Shown: positions 1 to 10,591 of the stretch, one piece after another
Layout of the letters: every line of letters begins with the position of its first letter
How positions within the stretch are numbered: the stretch's first letter is position 1
Source: Bacillota bacterium
GTDB lineage: Bacteria > Bacillota > Negativicutes > JBAXTZ01
Assembly: GCA_037129925.1 (NCBI GenBank)
Contig: JBAXTZ010000001.1
Coordinates: forward strand, 25,155 to 89,154
Direction of reading: 5' to 3'
DNA: 64,000 nucleotides
Made by a program: the position numbers and the translations under genes
Notes under the pieces: generated by a model
What the model was told of the DNA's origin: nothing
The model's input: the letters and a program-made list of their open reading frames with translations, nothing else
Databases searched by the model: none

Positions 1-657
1 TACGGGGGAATTTGGTTTTGAGACTTCAATTAGCGCTGGTTTATCTAATAATTCAGCTGCAAGCGCCTTAATCTCCGTGGAAAAAGTAGCCGAAAATAAC
101 AAATTCTGACGTTTTTTAGGTAATAATGCCATAATTCGCTTAATATCACGAATAAAACCCATATCTAACATCCGGTCCCCTTCGTCGAGAACTAGCGTTT
201 GCACTTTACTCAAATCAATGGTTTTTTGTCCGACGTGATCTAACAATCTACCCGGGGTTGAAACCAGAATGTCGACTCGCGCACGTAAGCGATTAATTTG
301 CGGATTAATGCTAACCCCGCCAATTATTACCATTGATTTTAGTTTGAGATATTTACCATAATCAACGATACACTCTTCAACCTGCGCCGCCAACTCACGG
401 GTTGGGACCAAAATCAATGCACGAATCGGCGGACGTCCTTCGCTTGGTCCTTTGGTCAATTTATCTGCTAATCTCTGCATAATTGGCAAGACAAATGCCG
501 CAGTTTTTCCGCTACCAGTTTCAGCGGCTGCCAATAGGTCACCACCATTTAAAATTGCCGGAATAGCCTGTTGTTGAATGGGAGTTGGTTCAGTATAACC
601 AAGCTCATGTACTGCTTGAAGCAATTCTTTTGCTAAGCCTAAATTTTCAAATAACAT
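1..657 (-). CDS. DEAD-box ATP-dependent RNA helicase (partial; C-terminus lies beyond the window edge)
   Basis: Reverse-strand translation from the ATG at 655-657 gives [33 protein letters not shown]...[12 protein letters not shown]...PTRELA...[13 protein letters not shown]. These are the Q motif, Walker A, and a DEGD variant of the DEAD box. An AGGAG RBS lies upstream. Not in the ORF track because it runs off the window. Confidence 0.8.
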   Translation of the reverse strand, partial: MLFENLGLAKELLQAVHELGYTEPTPIQQQAIPAILNGGDLLAAAETGSGKTAAFVLPIMQRLADKLTKGPSEGRPPIRALILVPTRELAAQVEECIVDYGKYLKLKSMVIIGGVSINPQINRLRARVDILVSTPGRLLDHVGQKTIDLSKVQTLVLDEGDRMLDMGFIRDIKRIMALLPKKRQNLLFSATFSTEIKALAAELLDKPALIEVSKPNSPV

Positions 658-960
658 AATCTCCTTAAAACTATTGGATTTAATTTCCATCCCTGTATTG
701 TATCATAACACAGCAACTGTGCCAACTTGTCGAAACCTGCAATTGCGATATATGTTGATAAGAATAGACAATGTGCCATTATTATATTGATACAAGTTTG
801 AGAAATACGATATTTATGAAGATAAGAATCTATAGCAAGTTGTTTGATTTACTGGACACCTGTGGTTGAAGTCGGCACACCAGAGCGAACAAACAAAAAA
901 CCGGCGCAGCCCCAAATATCATTTTGGAGGTTGCTCCAGCTTTTTATGAACTACATTGCG

Positions 961-2410
961 TTATTTCTTGTTCGCTTTCCAGGCATCGACCTGGTGCTGC
1001 ATTTCAGCGAGATATTTTTCCAGTCCGCCAGCTTTAAGTTTGGCGACGAATTCCGGTACCGCGATTTCGGGATCGACGCTGCCGCGCTTGATAGTTTTCA
1101 CGTATTGTTCGACAATATTTTTTATATTGGACACTTCGTTAGTTACCGGACCGAGGTCGGGAATAAAGCCAAAGTCAGTCGCGACAATCGCGGATTTGTC
1201 TGCCGCCATGATCTTCTGCCACTTGTCTTCCGGCACGCCTTCCATTACCGGTAGCAGACACTTGAAGCCAAACAACCAATCCGGTAGCGTGTAGTCACCG
1301 CCCATCGGCTTAATTGTATTCGAGCTGATTTTAGTATAATGAACACCTTCAATGCCGTCACACAGTAAGGTCATCAAATATTTATCGGTATACAACAGAT
1401 TGATGAATTTCATTGCCGCTTCTGGATGTTCGCTTTGCGCGTTGATTGCCATCATTTCGCCCAAAGCAACCTCCGTTGATTTGGCGACCGGTTTCGGGAA
1501 TACCGGTACGGATACAAATTGCATTTTACCAGCAGCGCTCCAGTCCTGATTACTGAATATTCCCAGAGTATCCACTGTACAGAAAACCTTGCCATTGCGC
1601 ACCAAATCACCGCCTGGACGGTCAGTTTCGCCTTTGAAGGTATAACCCTTTTGATACAACATCCTGAACTTTTTCAACGTATTCATGTAAGCCGGGTCTT
1701 CATACTGGTTGATAACCTTGCAGTTTTTGTCATCCACGCGGATTACGCCCGGGAAATCCGAGTCGACGATGAAATCGTATTTGTCGCGATCGTCCATCCA
1801 CCAATAGTTATCAATGGAAACCATTTGCGGATAATCTATTTTAACCTTGTCAAATAGCGGGAACAAATCTTCGACCCGCTTGACGCCGCTCAAGTCAAAA
1901 CCGTATTTATCAATCTTGGCTTTATCGAAATAATACCCTTGCCAATATCCGGCGCCGTTATAGACCGGAACTGCAAAAATTTCGTTACCGATTTTGGTCG
2001 CCTCAATATATTGCGGCATATTGTCGAGACATTTGCTGACACCCGCGCCTTCTTTGGGCAACAAGTCATTTAGCGGATAAAAAAAACCTTTGCGGGCATA
2101 ACGCGGATAATTCAGCATCCAAAAGCTGGTAAAACAAATATCCCATTTCTCGCCAGCCATTGTCGCGCTCTCGATTTTGGTCTGATACGAGTCCCACGGC
2201 AACAGTTTCAACTCCACCGTACAGTTGATTTTTTCTTTGGTGTACTCATTAACTTTAGCCATAACCTTGTCGAAATCCTTCGGCTTGTCACCCATCAGAT
2301 ACCAGACCAATTTCACCGGTTCACCGTTATCGGCGTTGTTGCTGCCGCAGCCAGATAACAGCGCTGTCAGAAAACAGACTAACAGCAGTAACGTAACTAT
2401 TTTTCGCATT
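961..2410 (-). CDS. ABC transporter extracellular solute-binding protein (family 1), lipoprotein
   Basis: The 514 aa ORF has an internal Met, MRKIVTLLLLVCFLTALLSGCGS, with a lipobox signal peptide and a GGAGGGAGAA RBS immediately upstream, so the likely start is 2410. The overall composition is typical of sugar-binding SBPs. No permease partner lies adjacent. Confidence 0.7.
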
Positions 2411-2666
2411 TTCTCCCTCCTCGCGATTTCACTACAGTTATTATAGCGGCAACCAAGACAATATTCAATATTTAACGACCCGCCTTCGTTTTCGTGTTCA
2501 CTCATTTTGCAACTTAGGGGCGAGAGACTTCTTACTCGAGCAGGTTAATGCGTTATTTTAGCACATACATTATCGGCTATCAGCTGCGTGTAACATCCTC
2601 ACGCCATCGCGCTATTTCGAAGCTGCATTACTAAATATACAACATTCTAAATCAATACCGCACGCA

Positions 2667-3131
2667 CTACTCTTCGAACTCAAGCTTATTATCCTCACAC
2701 CAGTTGCGCGCGATGTTCACATAGCTCTGTTGCTTATGCGTATACCATTGCTCTTCAATGTCATAACCGCTGATTGCCTCCTTGAATCTACGAAAAGCGC
2801 CTGAACCGCGTATCAACGAACACAACCGGTCACTGATGCGTTCGTTCGGATATTCCTGACAAAATTCTTCCATAATATTGTATTCGTTGATGTCGTATTT
2901 CGATGGTAACCGCAGAAAACAGTCGCCGTTTTCGAAGACACGCAGCGCATTTTTTAAGCTATCCCTCTGCCATTCTGCAAGTTGCAATTCGTCGCCTTCT
3001 TCATACTCTTCAGCGATGCGGTGAATATCTGACTCGACGCGAACTATTTCATTAGTCGTCTTGTCGAGAAACACCAGCTCTTCGTCAAATATCATTTCAA
3101 TTGCATCAACGATTTGCTCCAACTTTAACAT
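2667..3131 (-). CDS. small acidic hypothetical protein (possibly UPF0158-like)
   Basis: 154 aa ORF, highly acidic, no recognisable catalytic motif. It is divergent from the DUF4143 ATPase at 3335. Confidence 0.4.
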   Translation of the reverse strand: MLKLEQIVDAIEMIFDEELVFLDKTTNEIVRVESDIHRIAEEYEEGDELQLAEWQRDSLKNALRVFENGDCFLRLPSKYDINEYNIMEEFCQEYPNERISDRLCSLIRGSGAFRRFKEAISGYDIEEQWYTHKQQSYVNIARNWCEDNKLEFEE

Positions 3132-3334
3132 TTCTCCATCTCTCCTTATTGATATTCAGTCGATATCGTATTTTCCCACACAGGCACACTTGTTTGCAAT
3201 AGCCTACAATTAACCGCGTACAACCAGATGGCGGTTCAACAAAACCGGCACTAAAAACATTGTTTCCCGGCAAGTGGTTCGGTTTCGTTACCACTTCCGC
3301 CATAAATCAGTTATAATTATTACCACACAGAACA

Positions 3335-4648
3335 ATGTTGGAGGTTTTTATGTTTGAAATAATAACACGCTTAATACTTGATTTTCAACAGCAACCGATT
3401 GATAGCAGTTATCCGCGCGCGCTAAAAATCGATGTGCTTGCGAAAAAAGCTACCGTTTGCATCGGTGTCCGCCGCTCTGGCAAATCAACTTATTTATTCC
3501 AGATAATCAACAAACTCTTGGCAAGCGGGATTCCCAAAGAAAGAATTTTGTATCTGAATTTTTTCGATGACCGTCTGCATTCGCTATATCACAACAGTCT
3601 TGAAGTCATAACCGACGCGTATTATTCCCTATACCCAAACAATAAGAATGAAAAAGTTTATTATTTTTTTGACGAGATCCAAATGTTGAGCAACTGGGAA
3701 CCATTTGTCAACAGGCTTATGCAATCAGAGCACTGCGAAGTTTATATCACTGGTTCATCTGCGCGAATGTTGTCCAAAGAAATTGCAACCCAGATGCGCG
3801 GGCGGTCGCTGTCCTGGGAACTATTCCCGTTTTCTTTTCAAGAATATCTGCAAACTAAAGAAATTTCAGCGCCGGCAGGTTCATCAAAATATAAACACGC
3901 CGCAACAAACGCCTTTGAAGAATATCTGCAGTGCGGCGGATTTCCCGAAGTGCTAAGCCTGCAAGCACGCACCCGAGCCAAAGTCCATCAGGAATATTTC
4001 AACGCAATATTGTTTCGCGATATCGTCGAGCGTCACAACATTCCCCATCCCAGACTTCTGACCGATCTTGCCTATCGGCTTATAGATAATACAAGCTCTC
4101 TGTACACAATCAATAGTTTGTACGGTTATCTAAAATCACTGGACCACAAAGCTGCTAAAAGTGTTGTCTCAGAATATCTGGGCTGGCTGGAAGACGCGTA
4201 TTGCCTGTTTACCGTCAGGTTGTTCGATGCATCATTGGCACGCGCCCAGGCTAATCCCAAGAAAATTTACTGTATTGACCACTCTTTCGTCCGCTCAATA
4301 TCCTCTAACATTTTGATAAACAGCGGCCACTTGCTGGAGAATCTTGTTTTCATCGAACTCCGACGGTCGAACGAGGAAATATATTACTACAAGACGAAAA
4401 ACACCCGCGAAGTGGATTTTATCTATCGCGATGAAAATAAACAATTGCAACTAATCCAGGTTTGCGAGCAACTACGGGACGAAGCAACCAAAACCCGCGA
4501 ACTAACCGCGCTGAACGAAGCGATGGCTGAAGTAAATTTGTCTGTCGGCATCATCATAACCATGCATGACGAACAAGAAGTAAAGGTAGCCAGCGGCACA
4601 GTTAAAATCATTCCGGCATGGCGGTGGCTGACGGACAGCAGAACTTAG
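3335..4648 (+). CDS. AAA family ATPase with DUF4143-type C-terminal domain
   Basis: Walker A GVRRSGKST, a Walker B-like YYFFDEIQ, and a C-terminal region typical of DUF4143 ATPases. It is a paralog of the gene at 9242-10591 but lacks that gene's conserved flanks. The start may instead be MFEII at 3350. Confidence 0.75.
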   Translation: MLEVFMFEIITRLILDFQQQPIDSSYPRALKIDVLAKKATVCIGVRRSGKSTYLFQIINKLLASGIPKERILYLNFFDDRLHSLYHNSLEVITDAYYSLYPNNKNEKVYYFFDEIQMLSNWEPFVNRLMQSEHCEVYITGSSARMLSKEIATQMRGRSLSWELFPFSFQEYLQTKEISAPAGSSKYKHAATNAFEEYLQCGGFPEVLSLQARTRAKVHQEYFNAILFRDIVERHNIPHPRLLTDLAYRLIDNTSSLYTINSLYGYLKSLDHKAAKSVVSEYLGWLEDAYCLFTVRLFDASLARAQANPKKIYCIDHSFVRSISSNILINSGHLLENLVFIELRRSNEEIYYYKTKNTREVDFIYRDENKQLQLIQVCEQLRDEATKTRELTALNEAMAEVNLSVGIIITMHDEQEVKVASGTVKIIPAWRWLTDSRT

Positions 4649-4752
4649 AATTAATTCTTTGCTGTCATAGCTTTTGCGACTATTTCAACTTGCCTGGACC
4701 AGACTAAATACAACTTTTTTCCACTTTAGCTTCTGCTGTCTAAGCTTCCATA

Positions 4753-5679
4753 TCACACCGGCGCCTTCGTAAATTCTGCAAAGCTGGCGCAATTTACCTT
4801 GGTCTGAATATCGAGACAATCGCGCCATTTTAGCAAATAATCTTCTGCACCGAATATATTCTTTATCTGAACTGGATCTTCGCCAAACCAATCCATAGAA
4901 TAGCGCACGTTATTGCGCCAGTAATTAATAACATCAAAGTTTCCGGGTAATAGATAAGTGCGTTGTCTTTCGTAGTTATAATCAAAAATCGAACCTGACC
5001 ACTCACTATAAAAACCTGAATTTTTTGCCATGTAGCGAAAATACTCTTTTTTGCGAGTTTCCAATGCAACACTATCTTCGTTATGATAAGCGGTATTCGG
5101 ACTGCAATTAACAATTGCTCGCGTACTCAGCAAATGTCTGAAATCCCAAGGAGCGATAACTTCACAATTTTCATTCATAATATACGCGTTGAAGCTAGGA
5201 TCGAGCATTATCCATTGCGCACGCTCCGGGATATAGGCAATTGAAATCACATGCATATCAAAATCATACGGATTGCACGAATGGCAGCCAATAGTGCGGG
5301 CGGCAATACCGGTTGCTTGCAGACAGTCAGTTAACGCCGTTGCCAGACTGGCACAGTTCAGCCCGCCATCGCGTCCGGCACCAAAGGTTGTGGCAAAAAC
5401 ATTGAGTGCATTGCACTCTTGATCCATCAGTTTTGCATTCTTGTGGTAATTATTTTCATAAACCCATTTTAGCAGATTGATGGCACGCGTTTGCGTATCT
5501 CCGCTACCGGCAATTTCTACGACAGAATATTTTTTTCGCAGCTTATCAAAATATTCTTGCGAACGCTCTCGATATACCAGGCGGGCACCATTCGACGCTA
5601 CGCCCAGTTCTCCATTCATCGCCAATATTCCCTGGTACAGGCAAAGCAATTGCCAATCTCGATATTCTGATTCATTCAT
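4753..5679 (-). CDS. transglutaminase-like (papain-fold) domain protein
   Basis: Cys-His-Asp arrangement: GGLNCASLATALTDCLQATGIAARTIGC carries the nucleophile Cys followed by the GIPAR-like motif, then DMHVISIAY and MLDP. Confidence 0.55.
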   Translation of the reverse strand: MNESEYRDWQLLCLYQGILAMNGELGVASNGARLVYRERSQEYFDKLRKKYSVVEIAGSGDTQTRAINLLKWVYENNYHKNAKLMDQECNALNVFATTFGAGRDGGLNCASLATALTDCLQATGIAARTIGCHSCNPYDFDMHVISIAYIPERAQWIMLDPSFNAYIMNENCEVIAPWDFRHLLSTRAIVNCSPNTAYHNEDSVALETRKKEYFRYMAKNSGFYSEWSGSIFDYNYERQRTYLLPGNFDVINYWRNNVRYSMDWFGEDPVQIKNIFGAEDYLLKWRDCLDIQTKVNCASFAEFTKAPV

Positions 5680-5995
5680 AAATAAACCTCGTTTTCTTCC
5701 TGATTATAATAATGCTAACCCTTTGCCATCATCTGACGCAGTGTTGCCAACCCTTTTTCCAACACCGAATCGTGATGACTGTCGTGATACTAAATCGACA
5801 ACTCTGCATATACGCAGAGGCTGTGCACTTCTTCCCGGTCTGTGAACGGAACGCTAACTTAGTTGTGAAATAAGGTAGCGCTACTGTATTTTGCCGACGG
5901 CGCTCACGCTTTATGTATTTTGATGCTCCCCATATTCGTCTCGGCTTTCAACCAAACTCCGTCGACATATTGCTGCTCAAAAACATTGGCACCCA

Positions 5996-6247
5996 TCATG
6001 CTCTTGCTTTTTGGCGCGAGTTCCGGCCAGTCGGATTTGATTGAACCCATGTTAGTTTTGATTCGGCCAGCGAGCCAATCACCGCAGCCTCCGTAACAAC
6101 AACGAATTTCCACGGCTGCAAATTGTTGCCGGACGGCGCCCAACGCGCGGCTTCAAGAATTTGTTCAATCACATTGCGCTCAACTTTATCGCTCTTGTAT
6201 GAGCGAACGCTGCGGCGATCCATTATTGCTGATAGCACTTCATTCAT
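5996..6247 (-). pseudogene. nitroreductase family, N-terminal fragment only (truncated)
   Basis: MNEVLSAIMDRRSVRSYKSDKVERNVIEQILEAARWAPSGNNLQPWKFVVVTE is a classic nitroreductase N-terminus. After about 50 aa the sequence loses family similarity, and an overlapping out-of-frame ORF (5904-6143) is also not nitroreductase-like. The fragment abuts the ATPase-cassette relic at 6325. Confidence 0.5.
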
Positions 6248-6324
6248 AACACTTTTTCCTATCCTGTATCTTTAATTAATTTCAATTCAGCATCTTTTAA
6301 ACATGCGAAATCAAACGTCTGTAA

Positions 6325-6700
6325 ACATGCTCATTTTTTCAAATTGCTCAGCGATGCGTAATTTGCGCAAATTTCGGAAGTGCCAACAACAGTCACACCA
6401 GCTTAGCTTAAATAATTTTTCAACAAATTTGGCAAACAACCAATCAATCCCAGCGGAATATTCAACACGCCGCCATTTAGGACAAGATTTCTTTGCGATG
6501 TCCGTAGCGCTACTATCGGTGAATACTTATCCCGATATACCTGTAGTCTTTTAGAACGAACTAATTCTGCCGCTTTCACTTCCAGCGGCAGAATTAGTTC
6601 CTTGTATTGAAAGACAAAATCAACCTCAGCTTTATTGCCAGATTACGATTTGTGCAACGAATCACGTTTTTGATATGAATTATGTGTTTGCAAATCACGT
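6325..6700 (-). repeat. relic copy of the DUF4143-ATPase cassette
   Basis: Bases 6325-6412 match 21727-21812. Bases 6405-6640 match 9255-9480, the C-terminal coding end of the intact ATPase gene. Bases 6645-6700 match the leader repeats at 10605-10660. The central ~1.1 kb of the gene is missing. Confidence 0.7.
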
Positions 6701-6805
6701 TTATGGCACGTAATAGTGGCGTATCATTATCAACTAACAATTTTCCATGTCAGATAGCGTATGCCATGTTTTTGAGTTATAATGGAAGTGTAAAGAGGTG
6801 CGATA

Positions 6806-6994
6806 ATGAAAGACAAATATAGATTCACAGACGACAATGAACCGAATGAAATACAGCTCACGGCTCTAATGAAAGAAGTCGGAGCGGGCTTTGTTGCCAG
6901 TTCCGCCAATGCACGGGCGATAATCGATGCTCAAATCAGATCAGAAGTTGAGGCCGTGCGCAAAAGGTTAAGTGTCGATGTTAAGCAAAACTAA
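6806..6994 (+). CDS. small hypothetical protein, candidate antitoxin partner of the downstream kinase
   Basis: 62 aa ORF whose 3' end overlaps the start of the next gene by 23 nt, suggesting translational coupling. Confidence 0.35.
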   Translation: MKDKYRFTDDNEPNEIQLTALMKEVGAGFVASSANARAIIDAQIRSEVEAVRKRLSVDVKQN

Positions 6995-7586
6995 ACCCAA
7001 ATTAGTAATAATTGCGGGTCCAAACGGATCCGGAAAAACGTCAGTGACGCGCAAAATATTGGAACACGAATGGATTGAAGGTTGTACCCAAGTTAACCCT
7101 GATGATATTGCGCGTGATGTTTTTGGCGATTGGAACTCAGACGAAGCGGTGCTTAAGGCAGCGAAGTATTCAACTCAAATCCGCGAACGCTGTCTGGCAT
7201 CACAATCAAGTCTGTTTTTCGAAACAGTTTTGTCCACGTATGAAAAACTTGATTTCATACGAAGAGCCCAAACATTAGGATATTTTATCCGTCTTTTCTT
7301 TGTCGGTACGGACAGTCCTGAGATTAATGCATCAAGAGTAGCCCGACGCGTTATTGAAGGAGGTCATACTGTTCCCATTCAAAAAATCATAAGCCGATAC
7401 AGTAAGTCGATCGCCAACTGTAGTGCGGCTGTATCGATGGTTGACAGACTGTATATTTATGACAACTCAATAGAAAACTCTGATCCGACGTTACTTTTCC
7501 GAGCCAGTTCCGGCACTTTGACCAAAAGATATGGCTCGATTAACACTTGGGCACAAACCATATTTGAAAGTCTTTCTTCAACTTAA
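6972..7586 (+). CDS. zeta-toxin-like / AAA_33 P-loop kinase
   Basis: GPNGSGKTSV Walker A about 20 aa from the N-terminus, a downstream PDDIARDVF segment, and conserved Arg residues. Size is about 200 aa. Resembles the zeta/PezT kinase superfamily. Confidence 0.5.
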   Translation: MSMLSKTKPKLVIIAGPNGSGKTSVTRKILEHEWIEGCTQVNPDDIARDVFGDWNSDEAVLKAAKYSTQIRERCLASQSSLFFETVLSTYEKLDFIRRAQTLGYFIRLFFVGTDSPEINASRVARRVIEGGHTVPIQKIISRYSKSIANCSAAVSMVDRLYIYDNSIENSDPTLLFRASSGTLTKRYGSINTWAQTIFESLSST

Positions 7587-7852
7587 GCTTTCAGGCGCTG
7601 CACATGCGGCGCTTTTTTTCGCGCTTACCCCGACCACCAAAGGAACTCATCAAGGAAGGCTCTTATTCATTTTACGCTACTCCGAAAAAAACCAATAACT
7701 CTGCTGGTCAGCACCTTTCATTACTTCATGTCCCTCGCTACGCCGTCTTTCAACTCGTAGATTCTCGTCGCTCCGGACAGAAACGCCAGCTGCTGCTACG
7801 AGGCGCGACTTCTTCGCATCCGACAGGAAAACCGCGCGCTGCTCGGTCAATT

Positions 7853-8629
7853 TCACTTTTTACACGAACATTTTATTTTCAGGTGGTTTATGTATAGCGG
7901 GCATAATTCCGGTTTGTGTTTATTGCAAAAAGCTCTTTTAAAATATATCAGCACCAAATGCGCCCACCAGGTTAATGGCCGGCCGGGTGGCACAGTAAGT
8001 AAATCGCTGTACCCGTTTTTATTAATCAGCGGCCTCAAATCCAGCGCTTTCACAATTTCCTCAAGGTCTCTTCGCGCCGCTTCGTGACCTATACTTCCCC
8101 GCTTTATACAAAATCCGATACAAGGAAGCAGCAAATCCTTCATGCCGCTGTCAACAGGCATTATTCCGCAATAATAGCCTTTCATATACAGAACACAGCA
8201 CTGAGCGACTTTATACGATGCTCCCTTAACTTTTCTACTTATTAGCTCTATCAGTTCATCGCTTGCACAATTCTGTATCTCAACCGGGTATGTATCAATA
8301 AAATCAATCATTGAACGGATATAGGAAATTCTGGCGGTTGCCAGACCCAGCACTGATATAATTTTTAGCAGATCGTCATCAGCCATTTTTCTAATTTCGT
8401 CATATTTGTACGAACTGAAGCTATCTACAACGCTGATGTATTTTTGAATCATATTGTAGGAAACTCGCGTAGATAATCCGGCAACGAGTAACCTGATTTT
8501 GTAGTCATCAATGGTGTTAGGCCACCACAAATTATTGTCATGATTTTTCAGCACGTGTTCACGTACAACTTTTTCCGCGCTCATGATGTCGAGTGCATTG
8601 TACAAATCGATATCGATAATATTGCTCAC
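7853..8629 (-). CDS. HhH-GPD superfamily DNA glycosylase-like protein (putative)
   Basis: Helix-hairpin-helix plus Gly/Pro-rich loop pattern ...VKGASYKVAQCCVLYMKGYYCGIMPVDSGMKDLL, ending in a conserved Asp. Cys-rich C-terminus. Confidence 0.4.
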   Translation of the reverse strand: MSNIIDIDLYNALDIMSAEKVVREHVLKNHDNNLWWPNTIDDYKIRLLVAGLSTRVSYNMIQKYISVVDSFSSYKYDEIRKMADDDLLKIISVLGLATARISYIRSMIDFIDTYPVEIQNCASDELIELISRKVKGASYKVAQCCVLYMKGYYCGIMPVDSGMKDLLLPCIGFCIKRGSIGHEAARRDLEEIVKALDLRPLINKNGYSDLLTVPPGRPLTWWAHLVLIYFKRAFCNKHKPELCPLYINHLKIKCSCKK

Positions 8630-8731
8630 TTGTTATTCCCTTTACGTACTCCCGCGAACAGCCCGCAACCCTTAATAATACTCGTTGAAATTATCAAACA
8701 TAATGTCATTTATATTGCTCGCTCACTTGAA

Positions 8732-9194
8732 TTACTTCAGTGTCGGCTTCCGGTGAAAATACTCTTCTTTGGTTATCGCCAACCGGATTTCCCACTCAGC
8801 CTTAACGCTGTCAGACAAGACTCGTTCTACCTCGGCGAAACCGGCTTTTTGAAACGCTCTTCCGCTGCGGGGATTATAATCAAAGTACCCGCCAAAAATC
8901 ATATCACAGTCCTTGCAGGTGAAACCGTACTGCACCAGTAACGCGATCGCCGCGCTACCGATTCCCTTGCTCCAGCAGTCTTTCTCCCCGATTACCAGAT
9001 CAATCCGGAAAATGTTCTTGTCCGGATAACGGTCAACAATTTCCTTAATATTCATCTGTTGCAGCCAGCATTCACCGACCGCTTGTCCAGCATATTCAAT
9101 AATGAAGTTCCAAAAAAAATCTCTTCACAGCGAATAAATTCCCGTCCAGGCGTAGCGACAGCCAACTGTTTCGGCGATTGCAGTAATTTGACAT
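8732..9194 (-). pseudogene. GNAT family N-acetyltransferase, frameshifted at an A8 homopolymer
   Basis: ATG at 9194 gives MSNYCNRRNSWLSLRLDGNLFAVKRFF, then the frame is lost at the A8 run (9112-9119). With one fewer A the reading continues WNFIIEYAGQAVGECWLQQMNIKEIV...WSKGIGSAAIALLVQYGF, an intact ~150 aa GNAT. Confidence 0.6.
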
Positions 9195-9241
9195 CGGTTT
9201 AACAAATTACCGGTAGTTAACGCAATCAGTTTTGTTTTATC

Positions 9242-10591
9242 TCAATTCAGATATTTTTTCAACAAATTCGGCAAACAGCCAATCAATCCCAGCGGAATGT
9301 TCAAAACGCCGCCATTTAGGACAAGATTTCTTTGCGATGTCCGTAGCGCTACTATCGGTGAATACTTATCCCGATATACCTGCAAACTTTTGGAACGGAC
9401 ATTTTCTGCCGCTTTCACTTCCAAAGGCAAAATCAGTTCCTGATATTGAAAGATAAAATCAACCTCAGCCGTATTACCAGATGTCCAGTAGTACGGAACG
9501 ATATCCTGCGCGATTAACTGTTGTAGCACGAAATTTTCGGTCAGCGGACCGGTAAATAGCGAAAACATCGGCGAACCTTCTAACAACATTCTGGCAGTAA
9601 CTCCGGTTTTTCTGCGTAACAAACCAACATCCGGAAGATGCAGTTTAAAAAATCTACTGTTAGCATAGGCGTTCAAAGGGAATTGCGGAAGGTCGATCCG
9701 CTCGACTTTGTGCGCCAAGCCAGCACTGACAATCCATTCCAGAGCCGTTTCATATTCACGGGCTCTGGCGCCTTCTTTAACCATGCCGAATACAAATTTG
9801 CCGTTTTCTTTCGCCAATTGTTCGGGAATGGAATTCCAAACTCGCTGAATTCGCGGCACGATTTCGGCAGGCGCATGTTTGGAAAAATCACGCTCATACG
9901 CAAGCAAAATTGCCGCCAACACTTTTTCGGTCTCTTCAACATCCTTACTCACCAGCCAACAGCCAACCGCCTCCGGCATTCCGCCGCACAATAGATAATT
10001 TTGTCGCAGGTCAGTAATTTTTTCAAAAATCGCCAAGGGAATTTCTTCGGCGGCGATGATTTGGTCAAGATATTCACCCAACATGCTTTCACCGGCTGAC
10101 TCAATATATTCTCTGAAACTTAGTGGATGCATCGTGAGAAAGTCCACCTTGCCAACCGGAAACGAACCGGGTTGTGACAGCGTCACGCCCAGCAACGAAC
10201 CGGCACAGACAATATGATATTCCGGCGCTTTCTCACAAAAATATTTTAGCGAATTTAGCGCATCGTTACATTCCTGGATTTCATCAAAAATCACCAGCGT
10301 GTTTTCCGGCACAATTTTCTTGCCATGCAACACGCTCAACGCATGCAGTAATCGCTCCGGATTCTTATCGCGCGCGAAGAGCGCCTGTAAACTCTTGTTC
10401 TCGTCAAAATTAAAGTAGGCGCAATCCGCGTACTCGCTCTCGCCGAATTCCTTTAAAGAATATGTTTTTCCGACCTGCCTGATACCCTGCAGTATTAAAG
10501 GTTTTCTGCGCGGCGACTGTTTCCAGTTTTTCAGTTGGCGATTTATTTTTCTAATTAACACAAGCTTCACCTCATCAACATCCGTCGCCAT
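9242..10591 (-). CDS. AAA family ATPase with DUF4143-type C-terminal domain (intact cassette copy)
   Basis: 467 aa ORF with Walker A GIRQVGKTYS and Walker B VIFDEIQE. The likely start is MATDVD at 10591, since a GTG/Met further upstream lacks an RBS. The 3' end and 5' leader are repeated at 6325-6700 and 21727-21972. Confidence 0.75.
   Translation of the reverse strand: MATDVDEVKLVLIRKINRQLKNWKQSPRRKPLILQGIRQVGKTYSLKEFGESEYADCAYFNFDENKSLQALFARDKNPERLLHALSVLHGKKIVPENTLVIFDEIQECNDALNSLKYFCEKAPEYHIVCAGSLLGVTLSQPGSFPVGKVDFLTMHPLSFREYIESAGESMLGEYLDQIIAAEEIPLAIFEKITDLRQNYLLCGGMPEAVGCWLVSKDVEETEKVLAAILLAYERDFSKHAPAEIVPRIQRVWNSIPEQLAKENGKFVFGMVKEGARAREYETALEWIVSAGLAHKVERIDLPQFPLNAYANSRFFKLHLPDVGLLRRKTGVTARMLLEGSPMFSLFTGPLTENFVLQQLIAQDIVPYYWTSGNTAEVDFIFQYQELILPLEVKAAENVRSKSLQVYRDKYSPIVALRTSQRNLVLNGGVLNIPLGLIGCLPNLLKKYLN

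Noticed and set aside
3106-3303. 65 aa minus-strand ORF in the divergent intergenic region
   Set aside because: It overlaps the start of the 154 aa gene and the promoter region, and has no RBS. Likely spurious.
6303-6554. 83 aa plus-strand ORF, with similar ORFs at 9232-9456 and 21685-21939
   Set aside because: These are antisense or fortuitous reading frames across the repeated ATPase-cassette sequence, and the similarity between them is due to the DNA repeat, not a protein family.
7604-7897. 97 aa plus-strand ORF after the kinase gene
   Set aside because: Arg/Pro/Ser-rich low-complexity translation, no RBS, and it overlaps the 3' end of the convergent glycosylase-like gene. Most likely spurious.
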